DNA of 64,000 nucleotides from NCBI GenBank assembly GCA_036172245.1, contig JAYWIR010000005.1:930001-994000 (forward strand), read 5' to 3'. The notes beneath the pieces were generated by a model. It ran no database searches. It saw only the letters and a program-made list of their open reading frames with translations, and had not been told where the DNA came from. This document shows, piece after piece, positions 1 through 11,700 of the stretch (the first letter of the stretch is position 1; every line of letters begins with the position of its first letter). Source of the stretch: Raillietiella orientalis (taxonomy: Eukaryota). A program made the position numbers and the translations under genes.

Positions 1-3000
1 ATTGGGTCAGGCGGATCATCGGCTTCACCAGCAGGTCCACCAGCTTCAGACGGCGGCACTCCTTCCGCGTCTCGCACCACTTCCGGGAGAGGAAGACTCC
101 TGGCCCGCGAGGGCCCCCGTCCGCATCCTCCCTTCCTCCCGGCCGGGAGCGCCCTGCACGGGGTCACGGAAGAAGTCGCGACTCCGTCGCCGCCGCCGCC
201 GCCGCCACCCCTCCGAGACGACCCGGGGCGGCGGCATCCTCATCCCGAGTTGCCTCCACTGCTCTCGTGATCTCCCTCCAGTCTCCTCCCCCCCACACTC
301 TGCTGCTTCCTCTGAGGGCCCGCGCGGCGCACACCCGGCCGGCCCCGGCGAGAGGGGAGAGGCGGGCAGGTCAGCGGGAAACTCACCGACAGGAAGATCT
401 CGAAGCCCTCGTCCTCGCAGCGCCTCTCGCGGCAGTAGTTCTGGCAGTTCTGCTGGTCCGCGCAGTACTCAATGTAGGGGTGGAAGTACCGCCTCATCTG
501 GAAGGGCCTTGTGTGGGCGGGACGCTCCGCCCCCTATCAGGTGCACTGGGCTCCCAGCTCTCCGCCTCGCTAGGGTGCTCCCCCCCGAATGGTCCCCTTC
601 TCTCTCCCTCTCCCAGACCGAGGCTCCCCATCAGCTTCTTGAGGGACGCGGAAAGGGTTGTGGCCCCTCTTTCGTGCCATCCCTTCCCACTACCATCACC
701 ACCGAGCGAGGCGTCCTCGTGCTGAGGGATTCGCCTGCCCGCGGCGGCGACGTGCGCCCTTCGGCGGAAGGGGAGAACGGTGGAGGGACCTTGCGATCAA
801 CGTTGCTCAGGACGAGCTCCTCCTTTGCTCGAGCTTGCGGGGGGTCGCCTCGGAGACCCTCGGCCGCGGATCCACATGGACCTGCAGGAGGAGCATGTTC
901 CGACGCGAGGCGGGGGAGGGGCGAAGCCGACTGAAAGGGGACGAAGCAGCGGCGCGCTCGGGGTCAGATCGGGGTGCCGGGGCGTGAGACCCCTCTCCCT
1001 GCTCACCTCCCGGAACCCGTCCAGCAGCACCCATGGGTCCAGGCAGCGACTGCGCTCCCTGGAGGGCTGCAGGACGGGGAGGACGTGGTCGATCCAGAAT
1101 TTCGCGTTGGCTTCGAACACGCCGACGATGTTGCTGAAGAGCGACCTCTGGTCAATGGACAGGAGCAGCTCATCCTTCTGCAGGTCGACCAGGCAGGACA
1201 GGAACAGCTGAGGAAAACCAACGTCTCTTGACGGCGGCCGGGCGGGCGACATGACGGGGGGAGGAAAGGGGGCAAGATCCTACGTCTATTGTCAGGAGGA
1301 CGTCGCGCAGGTACGTGTTCTCGGTCTTGATGAGCTCCCAGACAGAGATCTGGCACTGTGACACCTGCTTGCCGGGGTCCTGGGACTCTGCTCCTCCCAC
1401 GCAGTGCCTCCACGCTTCCTCCAGGCAGACCTCTTCTGGAACGAGATGGCTGGGAAGCAGCAGGAGAGGGAGGTGGGAGAGCGAGCCCCTCGGGGAGGAG
1501 AGGGCGTGGGCGTGACACCCCCTCTGCACAGGCAATTTCTTCTCTCCCTTACCCCTCTCTCTGAGAAGGGCGGAATCCCAGCTAACCACCAGCCATCGTA
1601 TCTCGCCTCGGCCTTCGCCTTCCCTCGTTCTCAGGGCGAACTTTCTGCCCGCGGACGAGGTGCCCGGTGCTCGCGGTCTGCGGACATCCCTCGTCCGAGA
1701 AAGAGCAGGTCGCCTTGGTAAGCCCGAGATCGATGAAGGGTACGAGCGATGCTACATTTAGCGCAGGAGAAGGAAGCGACGTCTTAGGGCTGCTCGTACC
1801 CTTCACCGATCACCTCCGGATGTCTTCTTTTCTGCTTCTAGCCAACGCTCATGCGGTCCCTTTTCCCCTCTCCGTGGGTCCGTCCAAATGATTGATCAAG
1901 GAAACAGCCTGGACCCTTCCGCCCCGGTTCATCTCTCTCTCCCGTTCCCTTCGCGGACTTAGTCGTGAACCGGCAGGAAGGCTGGGACTTATACGAAAGC
2001 GCGGTCCTCCTCGTCCGGAATGGGAGGAAGAGAGAACGCGTTCTCACGCTTGCGTGCTAGCCGTAGAGCTGCCAATAAGGGAACGGCTGCTGGAGGAAGA
2101 GGAACAGCAGAAGGCAGTCTTCAGGAAGCAGAGACCTCTTCTGCTCCCTGTGCTCGCTTCCTTTCGACAGTCTGTGACTCAGCACTTCGCATAGGTACGG
2201 AGCGCGAGATAAAAAAAAAAGGGAGAGAAGAGAGAAGAGTGGCCCGCTCCAAGAGGACACTCGAGGACGGCAAGCGCGAAAACCCAGGAAATCTCGGGTT
2301 CTTGTTTTTTCGATCTCTGCGAGGGCCGCTCGTAGTACTGAAGCCTCCTGAAAGGAGTAGCGCTCACGGCCGCCCTATCTCTCGCTGCTTCCCTGAATCT
2401 CCTCCACTCCTCGGTTCGCACTTTCGCGATCTCCCCTCTCGCTTCGGTTTCAACCGCACGCTTGAAGATTTGCTGTCACAGATCGACCCCTTTCCAGAAC
2501 CTCTCAGGAGATTTCGTCATCGACACTGCGGCGATCTGCGCGTTTACGCCAATCAAAACCTTGTTCTGGTTACCAGATTTCCGAGCGAGCACGTTTTCTG
2601 CTAGGCTCCACGTCCCTGTTTCCATGGATTCGGTGCCCATACATCGGCTTCCTTAGCTTAGATGCAAACCTTGTCAACAATGGCATCCTTACCGAATGCC
2701 ATTGTTGACAACGTTTGCATCTGTAGGCTTACGTACGGACCAACAATGAACTGAAGGTTGCTGTTCAAACATATTTATAAATAGCTTCCTTATGTAAAGT
2801 TAAAAATAAACAATGATCCGAGAACCATTTTGATGAGCTTTCCGCATGTTTTGAACGTTTGAAATGCACATGAATAAAAGAAATTCCAAATCTCTCTCAG
2901 AAGTGTTTCCATGCGTATCATTGGAAGATCAAGATCTTTTTTTTTCTTAGCACTGCTGAGCAAATTTCATAATCATAAGCATTGACACGTGAACACGCAT

Positions 3001-6000
3001 AATTATAAATATCTGTGGGATAAATGAGTAAGATAATCAATCCATAAAATTTGAAATAACAACTCAAATTGGCATCGAGATATCGTTTCTCATATTATTA
3101 ATGCTGACTTTTTTTTTCTTTCTTTGTCTCTCACAGGAACTATCCTCGGTGAAAACTGATGTGACAATCATACGGTTAAGGATTTCCAACCAGGCGTTGT
3201 CCAGAGACAAACACGGCGGTCATGTGTTCTACCTAAAGCAGGCAAAAGCTTCGAGGAAAAAAAAAGCTTCGGACATCAGCACTCATCGGCCTCTCCCATG
3301 TAAAAGAGGTAATTTCAGCGATTCTTGTATTAGAAACCACGGTAGGGCTGCATCTTGTCTCCTACCACATTTTGGTAATGCAGCGTTTGTTCCAGCAAGC
3401 AGCACTTGTCGCGCTGCGTGTCGGAACTGACCCGCGGACCGATGCATTCACGAACCGACGACGGAGAGGCTCGGTGAGACTCTTCCAGCCCCTTCATAGC
3501 GAATGTTCTCGGCCGAGAAGCTCATGCGTCGAAGGGAGAGAACATGGAGGAGCGTCGAAGAGCCCAAAGCACCGCCTGTGTTTTGGCTTCCTCCCTTCCG
3601 CTGCACTCCCCAACGGCGAACAGAAGTGCGGAGTCGCCTGTTGTCATCGAAGCGTCCGCGCAAATCCTTCCTACGTGCCTGGAGGTCTTGAGAGCGGCAA
3701 GCTGAGAGAGACGCGAGCAAACTGAGCCTCCGTTTGGGTGAGCATCGGCGTTCTTCTGCTTCAGAAGGAGATGCGGAAAAGACTCGTGATGCTTCCGAAA
3801 GACCGGGGCTGAAGAAGACAAGGAGCTCGCGAGTAATGTGAGAAAAGTTTCTTTGCAACGTGGCGGCACTCCTGGAGGACGCAGCACCCCGAAGAACATC
3901 CACTCTTGTTGCTGTTGTTGTCCTGAATGTCATTCTTGAAACGGATTCCATCCTGTTTTCTCTGAAGGGTGGTCCTAGCGCTGCTAAAGCAGCTATATTC
4001 TTGCATTTTCGAGCAGTTTTTGCATGCCCCTTGGCAGGGTGAGAAGTCATCATCATCTCCACATCTCTCTTCTTCCATCGAAGTCTGCTCTGTGTTTCCG
4101 ATAAAGAGAATCCCTCGCGGAAAAGGCCGGGTCACCCACCGATAGGTCGGAAACTTGGAGGGGGAAAGCAGCAAGCGGTTGTGTGCGACACGGCTGGACT
4201 CGGAGCTGGGTCTTTAAGGGTCACGCGCGGAGTCCCACCCACTGACGGCAGCCACAACCGGAAGAAAAACATCTTCCTTTTTTTTTTGTTTCATCAAGCC
4301 TCGACGGGCACACGCGAACTGGGAAGAACATGAAGACGGGATTGGAGCACCGGCGTGGGAGTCGAGGAGCGCCTTGAGGCACCCTTGCCCGTTCCGAGCA
4401 GGGGGAGCGTCCTGCACGACGCGTTGCGATCCTCAACCGTTCACCTCTTCGACTGCCCTCTCCGGGCGCCTCTGCTCCGCATTTTTCCTCACCTCCGTTT
4501 CTTGTTTGTGCGTCGCCATCGTTCGCCCTGAGTGGGGTGCCACCTCCGTTCCAGCGACTGCACTTGCCAGTGCCGCCACCCTACGCCTACCCGTGCAAGG
4601 GAAAATTGGGTGGGCAATGTCGGATTGACTGCCACCACCTCCTTATTGAGGCGTCCAGCGTTATCACGCACCTTTTCTCAACTTCTTCTGCTTGGTGAGT
4701 TGTCGCCCGAAGAAATGTCCGCCGGTGGACTCCCCGGCGGACACGACTCCCTCGCTGGTCGCTTCCTTGGCATCGGTGATGTCTTTTTCTCTGTTCAATT
4801 AGCCGACGGATGGTGCTGCTGGCCGGTCCGGTAGCTCAGAGCGTCACTCCCCCTTGTCCTTGCCGAGGTCACCGTCGCCTCGCGCGGCTGGCGCTGTTTC
4901 CAAAATGCCCTTCTTGCCGGTAGACAAGAAGGGCATTTTGGCAAGCAGGGCCGCGACGATTCTGGAAGCCTCGCCCCCCTTCTTAGTGACTCGCGCCGCC
5001 GGTCTTCGCACCAGAAAAGATCGATCGTCTTGCGCCGCGCCGCCGCAGCAGCGGCAGACAACCCATCGAGCGTAACCGGAAGCAAAGAGGGTGACCTTGC
5101 GACGGCTTCCGCTTTTGCATCCCCAGTTGGCCTGCGACCTTTCCGAAAGATCTCCCGGAAATTCACGAGGACCCCGATCTTGGCCTCAGCGCTTCCCGTG
5201 GGGCTCAAAGCCGACCCCCAGGAAATCCCGAAGGAAGGACGAAAGAAGGTGACCAACCTACACATTCCCGGAGTTTCGTGGAGGTCATCACACTCTCGGG
5301 CAGCCCATATTCGTCGTAGCGTGTCAGGTGGTCGATGAGGGCGTCCAGCTTGGGAAACTGCAAGGGTGCCTCTGACCTCGCTGACCACCCGCTGCTCCCT
5401 CCAACCCGACCTACCCTGACGGTCGGCGAAAACATCTGGTTCCACTTGGAGCCCTGCTTCTGTGAGCTCTTCGGCAAGGGTCTACTGCATGGGATGGCAG
5501 GTTGCCATGGAGAGCTCGAAGGACACCATTCAGGAAGCCGGGTCGCCTTATCGAGAGGACCCTGGCAGAAACCGAACTGGTTGAGAGGCCGCATGCCTCC
5601 GACTGCCGCGTGGAAACGCGTTCTCTCCTTCCAGCCCCCGCACACGTTCTTTGCGCCTTAGGCGCTCTACTGCCCACGGGGGGAACAGGGGAAGGGGAGA
5701 CCGCGGATTGGAAGGAACTGCACTGGGGATCGTGGGGCGGTCAGCGCCACGATGCTCAATGCGCCATCACGCTGGAGTGGGGTCAGGAATGGGCACCAAC
5801 CAGCAGGTCCTTAGGACCTGCTGGTCGGTGGGGGAAACGCGGAGTACGGCGGGGGGAGGGGGGAGGGGACTCACGCGCGAGCCCGGCAAGGATGCGGCAC
5901 GACGACGGGCTTGGAACGCCGAGCGTGATTCCTCTTGCCTGTTCGCGCCCACCTTGCTTTCCTCATCTTCCCCTGCTGGAAAACCACCCACGGTTTCGGG

Positions 6001-7945
6001 AACCCCGCCCATCTTTGTTGCCGACGACTGTTTTCCACTCAGCTCCACCGTTCATCACGAAAGACCTTGTCGGAGAGAAAGAACTCGATCCCGATCGACC
6101 CCCTTTTGCTGACCGCACCTGTGCATGGTGACCACCCATCTATCCCTCCCTTGGACTGATCGAAGGAGACTGCTGCTCTCACTACGTCCCTGTGGCGGTG
6201 GAGCTCTACTCGGGCGGGAGCGGTCGTTCATTGGCAACCTTAGAAAGTCACTAGACTCATTCCACCACCAACCCTTCAGGGAGGCATTCCCTCCCGCGGA
6301 GACATACATCTCGCCTAACGGGCCACTTGCAGGTAGGTGTCTGCGAGCGCGCGCGCACGCTTCCTCCACTCTCCGGGAGATGGTAGCATCAGTCACTTCC
6401 CCGCCACTGAGGGTGGCGCTACCCCCTTCCCTCCTGCAGCCGCCGGTCCCACAAGAAAAGGGTGAGCGAGGGAAAGGAAGGTGGCTCAGCAGACACAGCG
6501 CCGCATTTTGCGAAGGGCGCCGCGCGCGCCGCCTCCGCTCACTCACGGTGTCAGGCACTTCCGGGGAGGCACCCTGCCCTTCCGCTGAGTCCGATGAGCA
6601 CGCGGCCGCACCTGGAAAGACAGAAAGAGGGGAAGAGAAGAGCTGAGAGAGGCTGGTGGTAAGCTGCCACCTGCAGCGCCTGGGTATCGAACGAAGCTCG
6701 AGCATCAATCTCTATCGGTCAACTTCCCTAGGGCATCGTCTCAAAGATTTCGGTAAAAGTCCTCAGGAGAGAAAACGTGGGGGCCCGAACTGAACTCCTG
6801 AGACCGGGGGAAGAGCCAGCCTCTCGCGATACTACTGTTCTTCTCACAGGGAAGCGGCGACAAAGTTGCGATAGAAAGTTGGGACCCGTCCCAACTTTCT
6901 ATCGGAAAGCGGATGGAGTCGCGTTATCTGTCCCAAGAGAACAGGGAGGCGATCCTCAGCCTCCCGGTTCGAAAAACCTCGCAAAATGACCACTCTGAAA
7001 TGGTGGTTTTGGGTATCCACTCCAGAAGAATAAGGGGCCACCGGGGAGGGACGAGGCAGAGATGAGGGCTGCCGAGCGGCGATCGAACCCTTGAACGAAT
7101 CAACCCTGCCGAGGTCACATAGGGGGCGCATCAATTCGAAAGAAATCCACGAACTGTCCACTGACAGCGGAATTGCCCGCGACTTCACCAGAAGAGTCTG
7201 TTGGAGGTTTTTCCGGGTCAGGAGCTGCCGGAGAGCTCGAATGCAGTTTCGAGCACTTCGGCCGCAGAGACGAAAATGACAAAAAGGCGATAGTCTGGTT
7301 GGTCCACGTGGGTCCACTCCACTATCCTACCGGATCTTGCAAACGTTGGCCTTGTGTCAGGGATCTCAATGCAGTCACGTGTGTGTGGTCGATATGACCA
7401 TAATTGCTGCACGGCGTGCACAGCATTGTTAACAGGCATTTATAAATGGACACACACGGGTCTCGAGAACGAAGCACAGGCTAGCATTCCGCTTTTCCGC
7501 GTGCCATTGTTAGAGATCGTCGACAACAATCAAGGTGCAGTGAACGAAAGCAGCACCGTTTCATGGCAACCGTTGCTTTTTTAGCTCTACTGAGCAGTTC
7601 CAGCGTTTATCCTCAGGTGGCATCCATCTCTGTGCGCAAGTTGTCTTGGCTTGTTCATTTAGTAATTTTCATCCAGAATTCCTGCTGAAGGAATTCTGGA
7701 TAAGGATCTAGAAGGGCTGATTGACTAGCATGTAGTCCTCCGGTTGGGCTCATGGGAAACCGAAGCAGAACCTTTTGTTCCCCTCATGAGATTCTTGCCC
7801 ATTGTTGAAGACCATGGAAATCCTTGGGTTCTTCTTTGTCTTCTTTCGCTGTTTTCCTTCCAGCTTTTTTTTTTTTAAGAGTTTTCTTCTTTTTGGTTCG
7901 CTAAGTACCTCAGAGCCGGTCGCGTGCCTCGCGGCGCACGTGGCT
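1..7945 (-). CDS. PLEKHG5-like: Multi-exon RhoGEF, PLEKHG5/PLEKHG7-like (RBD-like region plus DH domain); 3' end runs off the window
   Basis: Phase-consistent GT-AG exons: 5484-5415 (RPLPKSSQKQGSKWNQMFSPTVR), 5357-5258 (FPKLDALIDHLTRYDEYGLPE), 1435-1284 (EVCLEEAW...QISVWELIKTENTYLRDVLLTID), 1207-1007 (LFLSCLVDLQKDELLLSIDQRSLFSNIVGVFEANAKFW), 497-387 (FHPYIEYCADQQNCQNYC), 79-1 (WCETRKECRRLKLVDLLVKPMIRLTQ). These are classic DH-domain motifs. Upstream exons at about 7945-7772 (basic tract then ISMVFNNG) and about 7255-7100 (ALRQLLTRKNL...IPLSVDSSWI) resemble the RBD-like region of this family. The intervening exons at about 6.1-6.6 kb are less certain. Confidence 0.88.
2067..3473 (+). CDS. Candidate nested antisense spliced gene of unknown product, inside the RhoGEF intron
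   Basis: AG/GT-bounded segments 2067-2194, 2498-2568, 2727-2756, 3137-3174 and 3396-3473 join in phase without stops (…EPLRRFRHRHCGDLRVYANQNLVLAYVRTNNELKELSSVKTDVTIIRKQHLSRCVSELTRG…). Several donors are weak (GTTACC, GTTGCT) and no homolog was recognised. Confidence 0.35.
2660..2722. repeat. 27-bp inverted repeat (hairpin) with a 9-nt loop
   Basis: agatgcaaacCttgtcaacaatggcat / atgccattgttgacaaCgtttgcatct, with one central mismatch. Confidence 0.95.
4900..4941. repeat. Perfect 17-bp inverted repeat with an 8-nt loop
   Basis: ccaaaatgcccttcttg-ccggtaga-caagaagggcattttgg. Confidence 0.95.
6869..6904. repeat. Perfect 17-bp inverted repeat with a 2-nt spacer
   Basis: cgatagaaagttgggac-cc-gtcccaactttctatcg. 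Confidence 0.95.
7671..7701. repeat. Perfect 13-bp inverted repeat
   Basis: atccagaattcct-gctga-aggaattctggat. Confidence 0.9.
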
Positions 7946-7981
7946 CTTTTAAACACACAGTTTTGTTTCCACGTTTCTCCC

Positions 7982-8780
7982 CTGCGACAACCCCGCAGGG
8001 GAGCTGTAATCGTCAGTGTAATTCTTCAGGATAGGAGGCACCCCGGAATGGGGGTCCACCCTATGAATCCAAAAAGAGCTCGGAGTCGGTTCCTCTCACA
8101 CACCTCCCACCTGGTTGTCTCCGAAAGGGAACAGCGAAGGGAATCTCCTTCCTCATTCTCTCCGGAGGGACACCTCCCATTAGGGGGGTGGTCCTCTCCA
8201 TTTCAACTTCTCCGAAGGGAACCCGGAAAAAATCCGCTAGTAGGAATTTCTTCTCCGGAGGGAACCCGCAAGGGAACCGCTCCTGTTCACTCTTCTGAAG
8301 AGAACCCCGAAGGGACGCTTCCAAAACTCAGAAGGGGCGCTGCAGCTTCCCGCAGGGAATCGCTCTCGCTTGCTTCCTTGCACTCTGTGAAGAGGCGACG
8401 ACTCGGAGGGTCCCCCCGAAACAGGGGGGGTCCGCTCCCTTGAATAACTGGAGAGGTGCCCGTGAGGGCTCCTGCTCAATCTTGAAACAGGGGGATCCCT
8501 CGGTGAGGGTGGTCCGCTTTCCGTTGCACGACAGGAGGGGAACTCCCCACTCCTTTATTCCTGGGAGGACCCGAAGGTCGAATCCCATTGTTCCGGCCTT
8601 CATCGGGGGCCTCCCGGCTTAATCCACCGCCGGTGCCGCGCCCGAATGATTAGGCCAACCAGCGCCATTGCAGGAGAAACTCGGAACCCAACGACGCAGT
8701 GGCGTCAGTTTCTGCCGTAGTATCCGAACCCGCGACGCATGGTGCCACGCGTGGAAGCCTTAACCACAAAGTCTCTGTCG
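7982..8780 (-). mobile_element. tRNA-derived SINE-like element, copy A
   Basis: The minus-strand head GTGGTTAAGG…GTCGCGGGTTCGGATAC is A/B-box-like. The element is collinear with 16275-16950 (shared ctatgaatcc, ctggttgtctccgaa, tctgaagagaaccc, aggccaaccagcg). Confidence 0.75.
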
Positions 8781-11700
8781 CAGGGTGATCTCCCAAATGA
8801 GCTATTCTTGCGCCATTCCTGCCGAAAAGGGAGAAAACCGGGCATCGCAAACCATTCTGTGGAATCATATGCTTGCTCAGCGAACTTCTGGATCCGAGAA
8901 AGCGAGAAGGGACCGGTGGATGCCTTGACAAAGAGGGATTGGGGATAGAGAGACCCGAAGCATGCACTGAACGGGGAAGGCGAGAAAAGCAAGCAGGCTG
9001 CGCGGCGACGAGGAAAGAGGTCGCCTGCCGCCTGGTGGTTAGGTTCGAGGCGTCCTCTCCCAGAAGCCTGAAAGAGTAGACAGCCACAGCTGCTTCCATC
9101 CGCCGTGCGAGAAGACGAGCTCCTTGGAGAGCACCATGAGGATGCTGCGCACCTTTGATGACGGTGTTCCTGCAGGAACCTACGGAGTGTTTGAAGCTCT
9201 CCGGAGCAGCACCAGAGACCTCCTCCGCCGAGATGTGGGTGCCGTGCAGGTTTACGCCTTGCTGCCCATAGACAGGACGAAAGCATTCCCTGAAAGAGGA
9301 AAACAAGCCGAGTGAGTCCCTGGATACCTTTCTCAAGAAGGAAGTGAAAAGTGACGCAACAAAGGGTAGCACCTTCGCATTATTATTTTCACTATCTCTC
9401 TCCCCCGTCCCCCTCCCTCCTTTTCTCGCCAGAACGCATGCACGCATTCGGCCCCAGAGACCGATCAGGAAAGACCATGGAAACCACCATCATCACCATC
9501 CCGCTCCTCTTTTCACCGCCGTGAGCACGCATGCATCCCGTGCGAGTTGGCATCCGTGCTCCTGCCGGATTCCCGCGTTCTCGCCCCCCTCCTCACGTGA
9601 CCCATCGTACTCGACGGCGCACTGAACTGGGAACTCTGCAGCGGACACAAGCTGACTGTGGGCCCGCTGGATGAGGCTCTTTCGCGGCGATTCAGTTCCC
9701 GCTTACCGCGAATCCCAGACCGCCTTACCTTGGGTGGGGTCTGCGAGCGTCCAGGGAGCTCTCCGGCCAGGCTGCCGTGAGGACCAGCTCCACCCTCTCT
9801 GGCCGGCATGCCAGCCACTTCTTCGCTTCAGGAGTGCCACCAGTCCAACGGTCGGGTAAGCGAATCCCGGACTGAAGGCTCCCGTCCCGAGAAGCTCCTG
9901 GCCGTTGTGCGCGTCGAGGCTGTTACAAGCACCACCTCCGAGCAGGGACTTCTGGCGGCTACCTGACAAACCTCGAGCTCGGCAGTCCTCCCACGCTCCG
10001 GCTCGACGCAGGGCTCATCATGAAGCCTCGTGCGTGCTCGTGGGGGCCAGGGGGAGCCCAGCTGGAGAGTCTCTCGCCCTCCTCGGGACTCCCGAGGAGG
10101 GGAAGGTGCTGCTGCTGCCCCACGGCGAGGAAGAGGATCAAGCCACCGTGCTGCAGTAGCGGCAGCAGCAGTGAGCCGCGGCGGCCTGGCGAGGGGAATT
10201 GCCCGCGCGCCTTCCACCCATCTCCCGAGCGCTCCCTCAACGGGCCGCTTTCCACATGCGCTGCTGCCACCGTGGCTCAGAGGGCGCCGCTGCTGGCCCC
10301 AGGCAGGCCCTCCTCCCGGCGAGCAGACCGCATGCCCGGTGGGGGCATTCGGGATGTTAATCAGCGAGGGCTACTAATTTGTCGAACCGGCGCTCCGCGA
10401 AGCCCAAGGCAATCATCGTCGCTTGAGGGCAGTGGATGAATGATTCATGAGTGCCACATAAGAGGCAGAATAATCGATAGGGAATTAATGATCGTGGTAG
10501 CCAGCGAAAGGCATCAGCGGACCTCTTGAATAATGAATGGGCCAAAGATCGAAGCAGGATGCTCCTATGACGAGAGCGCAACAATGAGCGGAGGGGAACA
10601 ATGGATGCATAATTGATAGAGGTAACAGAGAACGAAAGGCATGTTGATCTGGCATCCCTGCTCCCTCGAAAGGAGGAGACGGAGTGGTAATTCGCGCGGA
10701 TTCAACTGTCCTCCTGACTCGACTGGGGCGGAAGGCCGCTCGGAGTGGAAGCCGACGTTTAGCCGGAACGAAAAAGTCCCCCCCCCCCCCGAGGGCAGGC
10801 CAGCCCGCGCGATGACTGACAGGGACGCTCCGCGCCACCTGGAGCGGGAGGAGGGCTGCAGGGGAGTGGGTGGGTCCATCTCCCCGTTCCAGGCTGCTCA
10901 TGTCCCCCGGGTCGCCACCGCCCGTTCCCTTCAGCGCGCGCAAGTTTCCCGCGATTATAGACAGAGGAGCTCCCCCGCAAGCGCATCCTCGTGTCGCCGC
11001 TGCCGTGCCGCGAGCGACCGGCCTCCAGGGCAAGGTCTGCCGCTGGCGCGGAGCGCGACACCTGCTGCTGCTGCGGCGGCGGCGGAGGGGCCGCCACCTA
11101 CGACCCCCGCCTGTTCCTTCAGGATGCTGAGCAACCAGCCGGAAGCGAACGACGCTTCCGCAGCGTCCCTCTCCGCCTACCGTCAGTAAACGGATCCTTT
11201 GGCAACGCTCCAGTTTCTTGCTTTTTTTTGTTCTGCTTTGTTTTTGTTTTTTCCTTTTTCCTTCCCCCACCCCCCTTCTCTCTCTCCCCTCCGCCCCGGT
11301 CGCGAGGGGAACGAGGAGGGTAGCGACGGGAGCTGTCGCGTTGGTCCATCGCGTCGTTCCCGCGAGAACAAAAGGGCTTACTTCAAAGGCAGGTGCCTGG
11401 GGATGGGGACGGCTCCTGAAGGAACTCCTCCGCTCAGCACCTGGCACGTGACCAGAGCTCTCTCAGAGCCATCCATGGGGAAGCTCTGAAACGAAAGCAA
11501 CCAGTTGGCCGCTGCTGCTGCTGACTGCGTGCATATCGCCGCGCGGCGCCTCCGCCCGCCTCCTCTCGGAAGCCCGCGGACGCGTCCGGCGCAGCTGAGA
11601 GAGGGGAGGAGGGAGGGGGGAAAGGGGGATTAGCGCCCCTCGGAAAATAATGGAGCGAAACCGCCGCAAGCGTCTGACCCTACACGGCCACCTCCCTCGG

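Noticed and set aside
2..934. 310-aa plus-strand ORF, and similar long ORFs at 10485-11447, 28491-29708, 44233-45258 and 50558-51613
   Set aside because: These are R/G/P/S-rich translations expected from high GC. Several run across clear introns or lie antisense to real exons, and no domain was recognised.
7960..8030. Hammerhead ribozyme-like words (CTGAAGA, CTGACGA … GAAAC) on the minus strand at the end of copy A
   Set aside because: Stem II does not abut the core, stems I and III were not found, and the words are not conserved in copies B-D.
8113..8320. Regularly spaced repeats suggestive of a CRISPR array
   Set aside because: The units are degenerate, the intervening sequences are short and homologous between dispersed copies, no cas genes are present, and the context is eukaryotic.
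8590..8610. CCGATGAAGGCCGGAAC, resembling a minimal Penelope-type hammerhead core
   Set aside because: Two invariant core positions differ, and copies B and D diverge further.
7980..8785. 10-bp inverted match (ccctgcgaca / tgtcgcaggg) at the ends of copy A, suggesting terminal inverted repeats
   Set aside because: It is not present at the ends of copies B or D, so it is probably coincidental.
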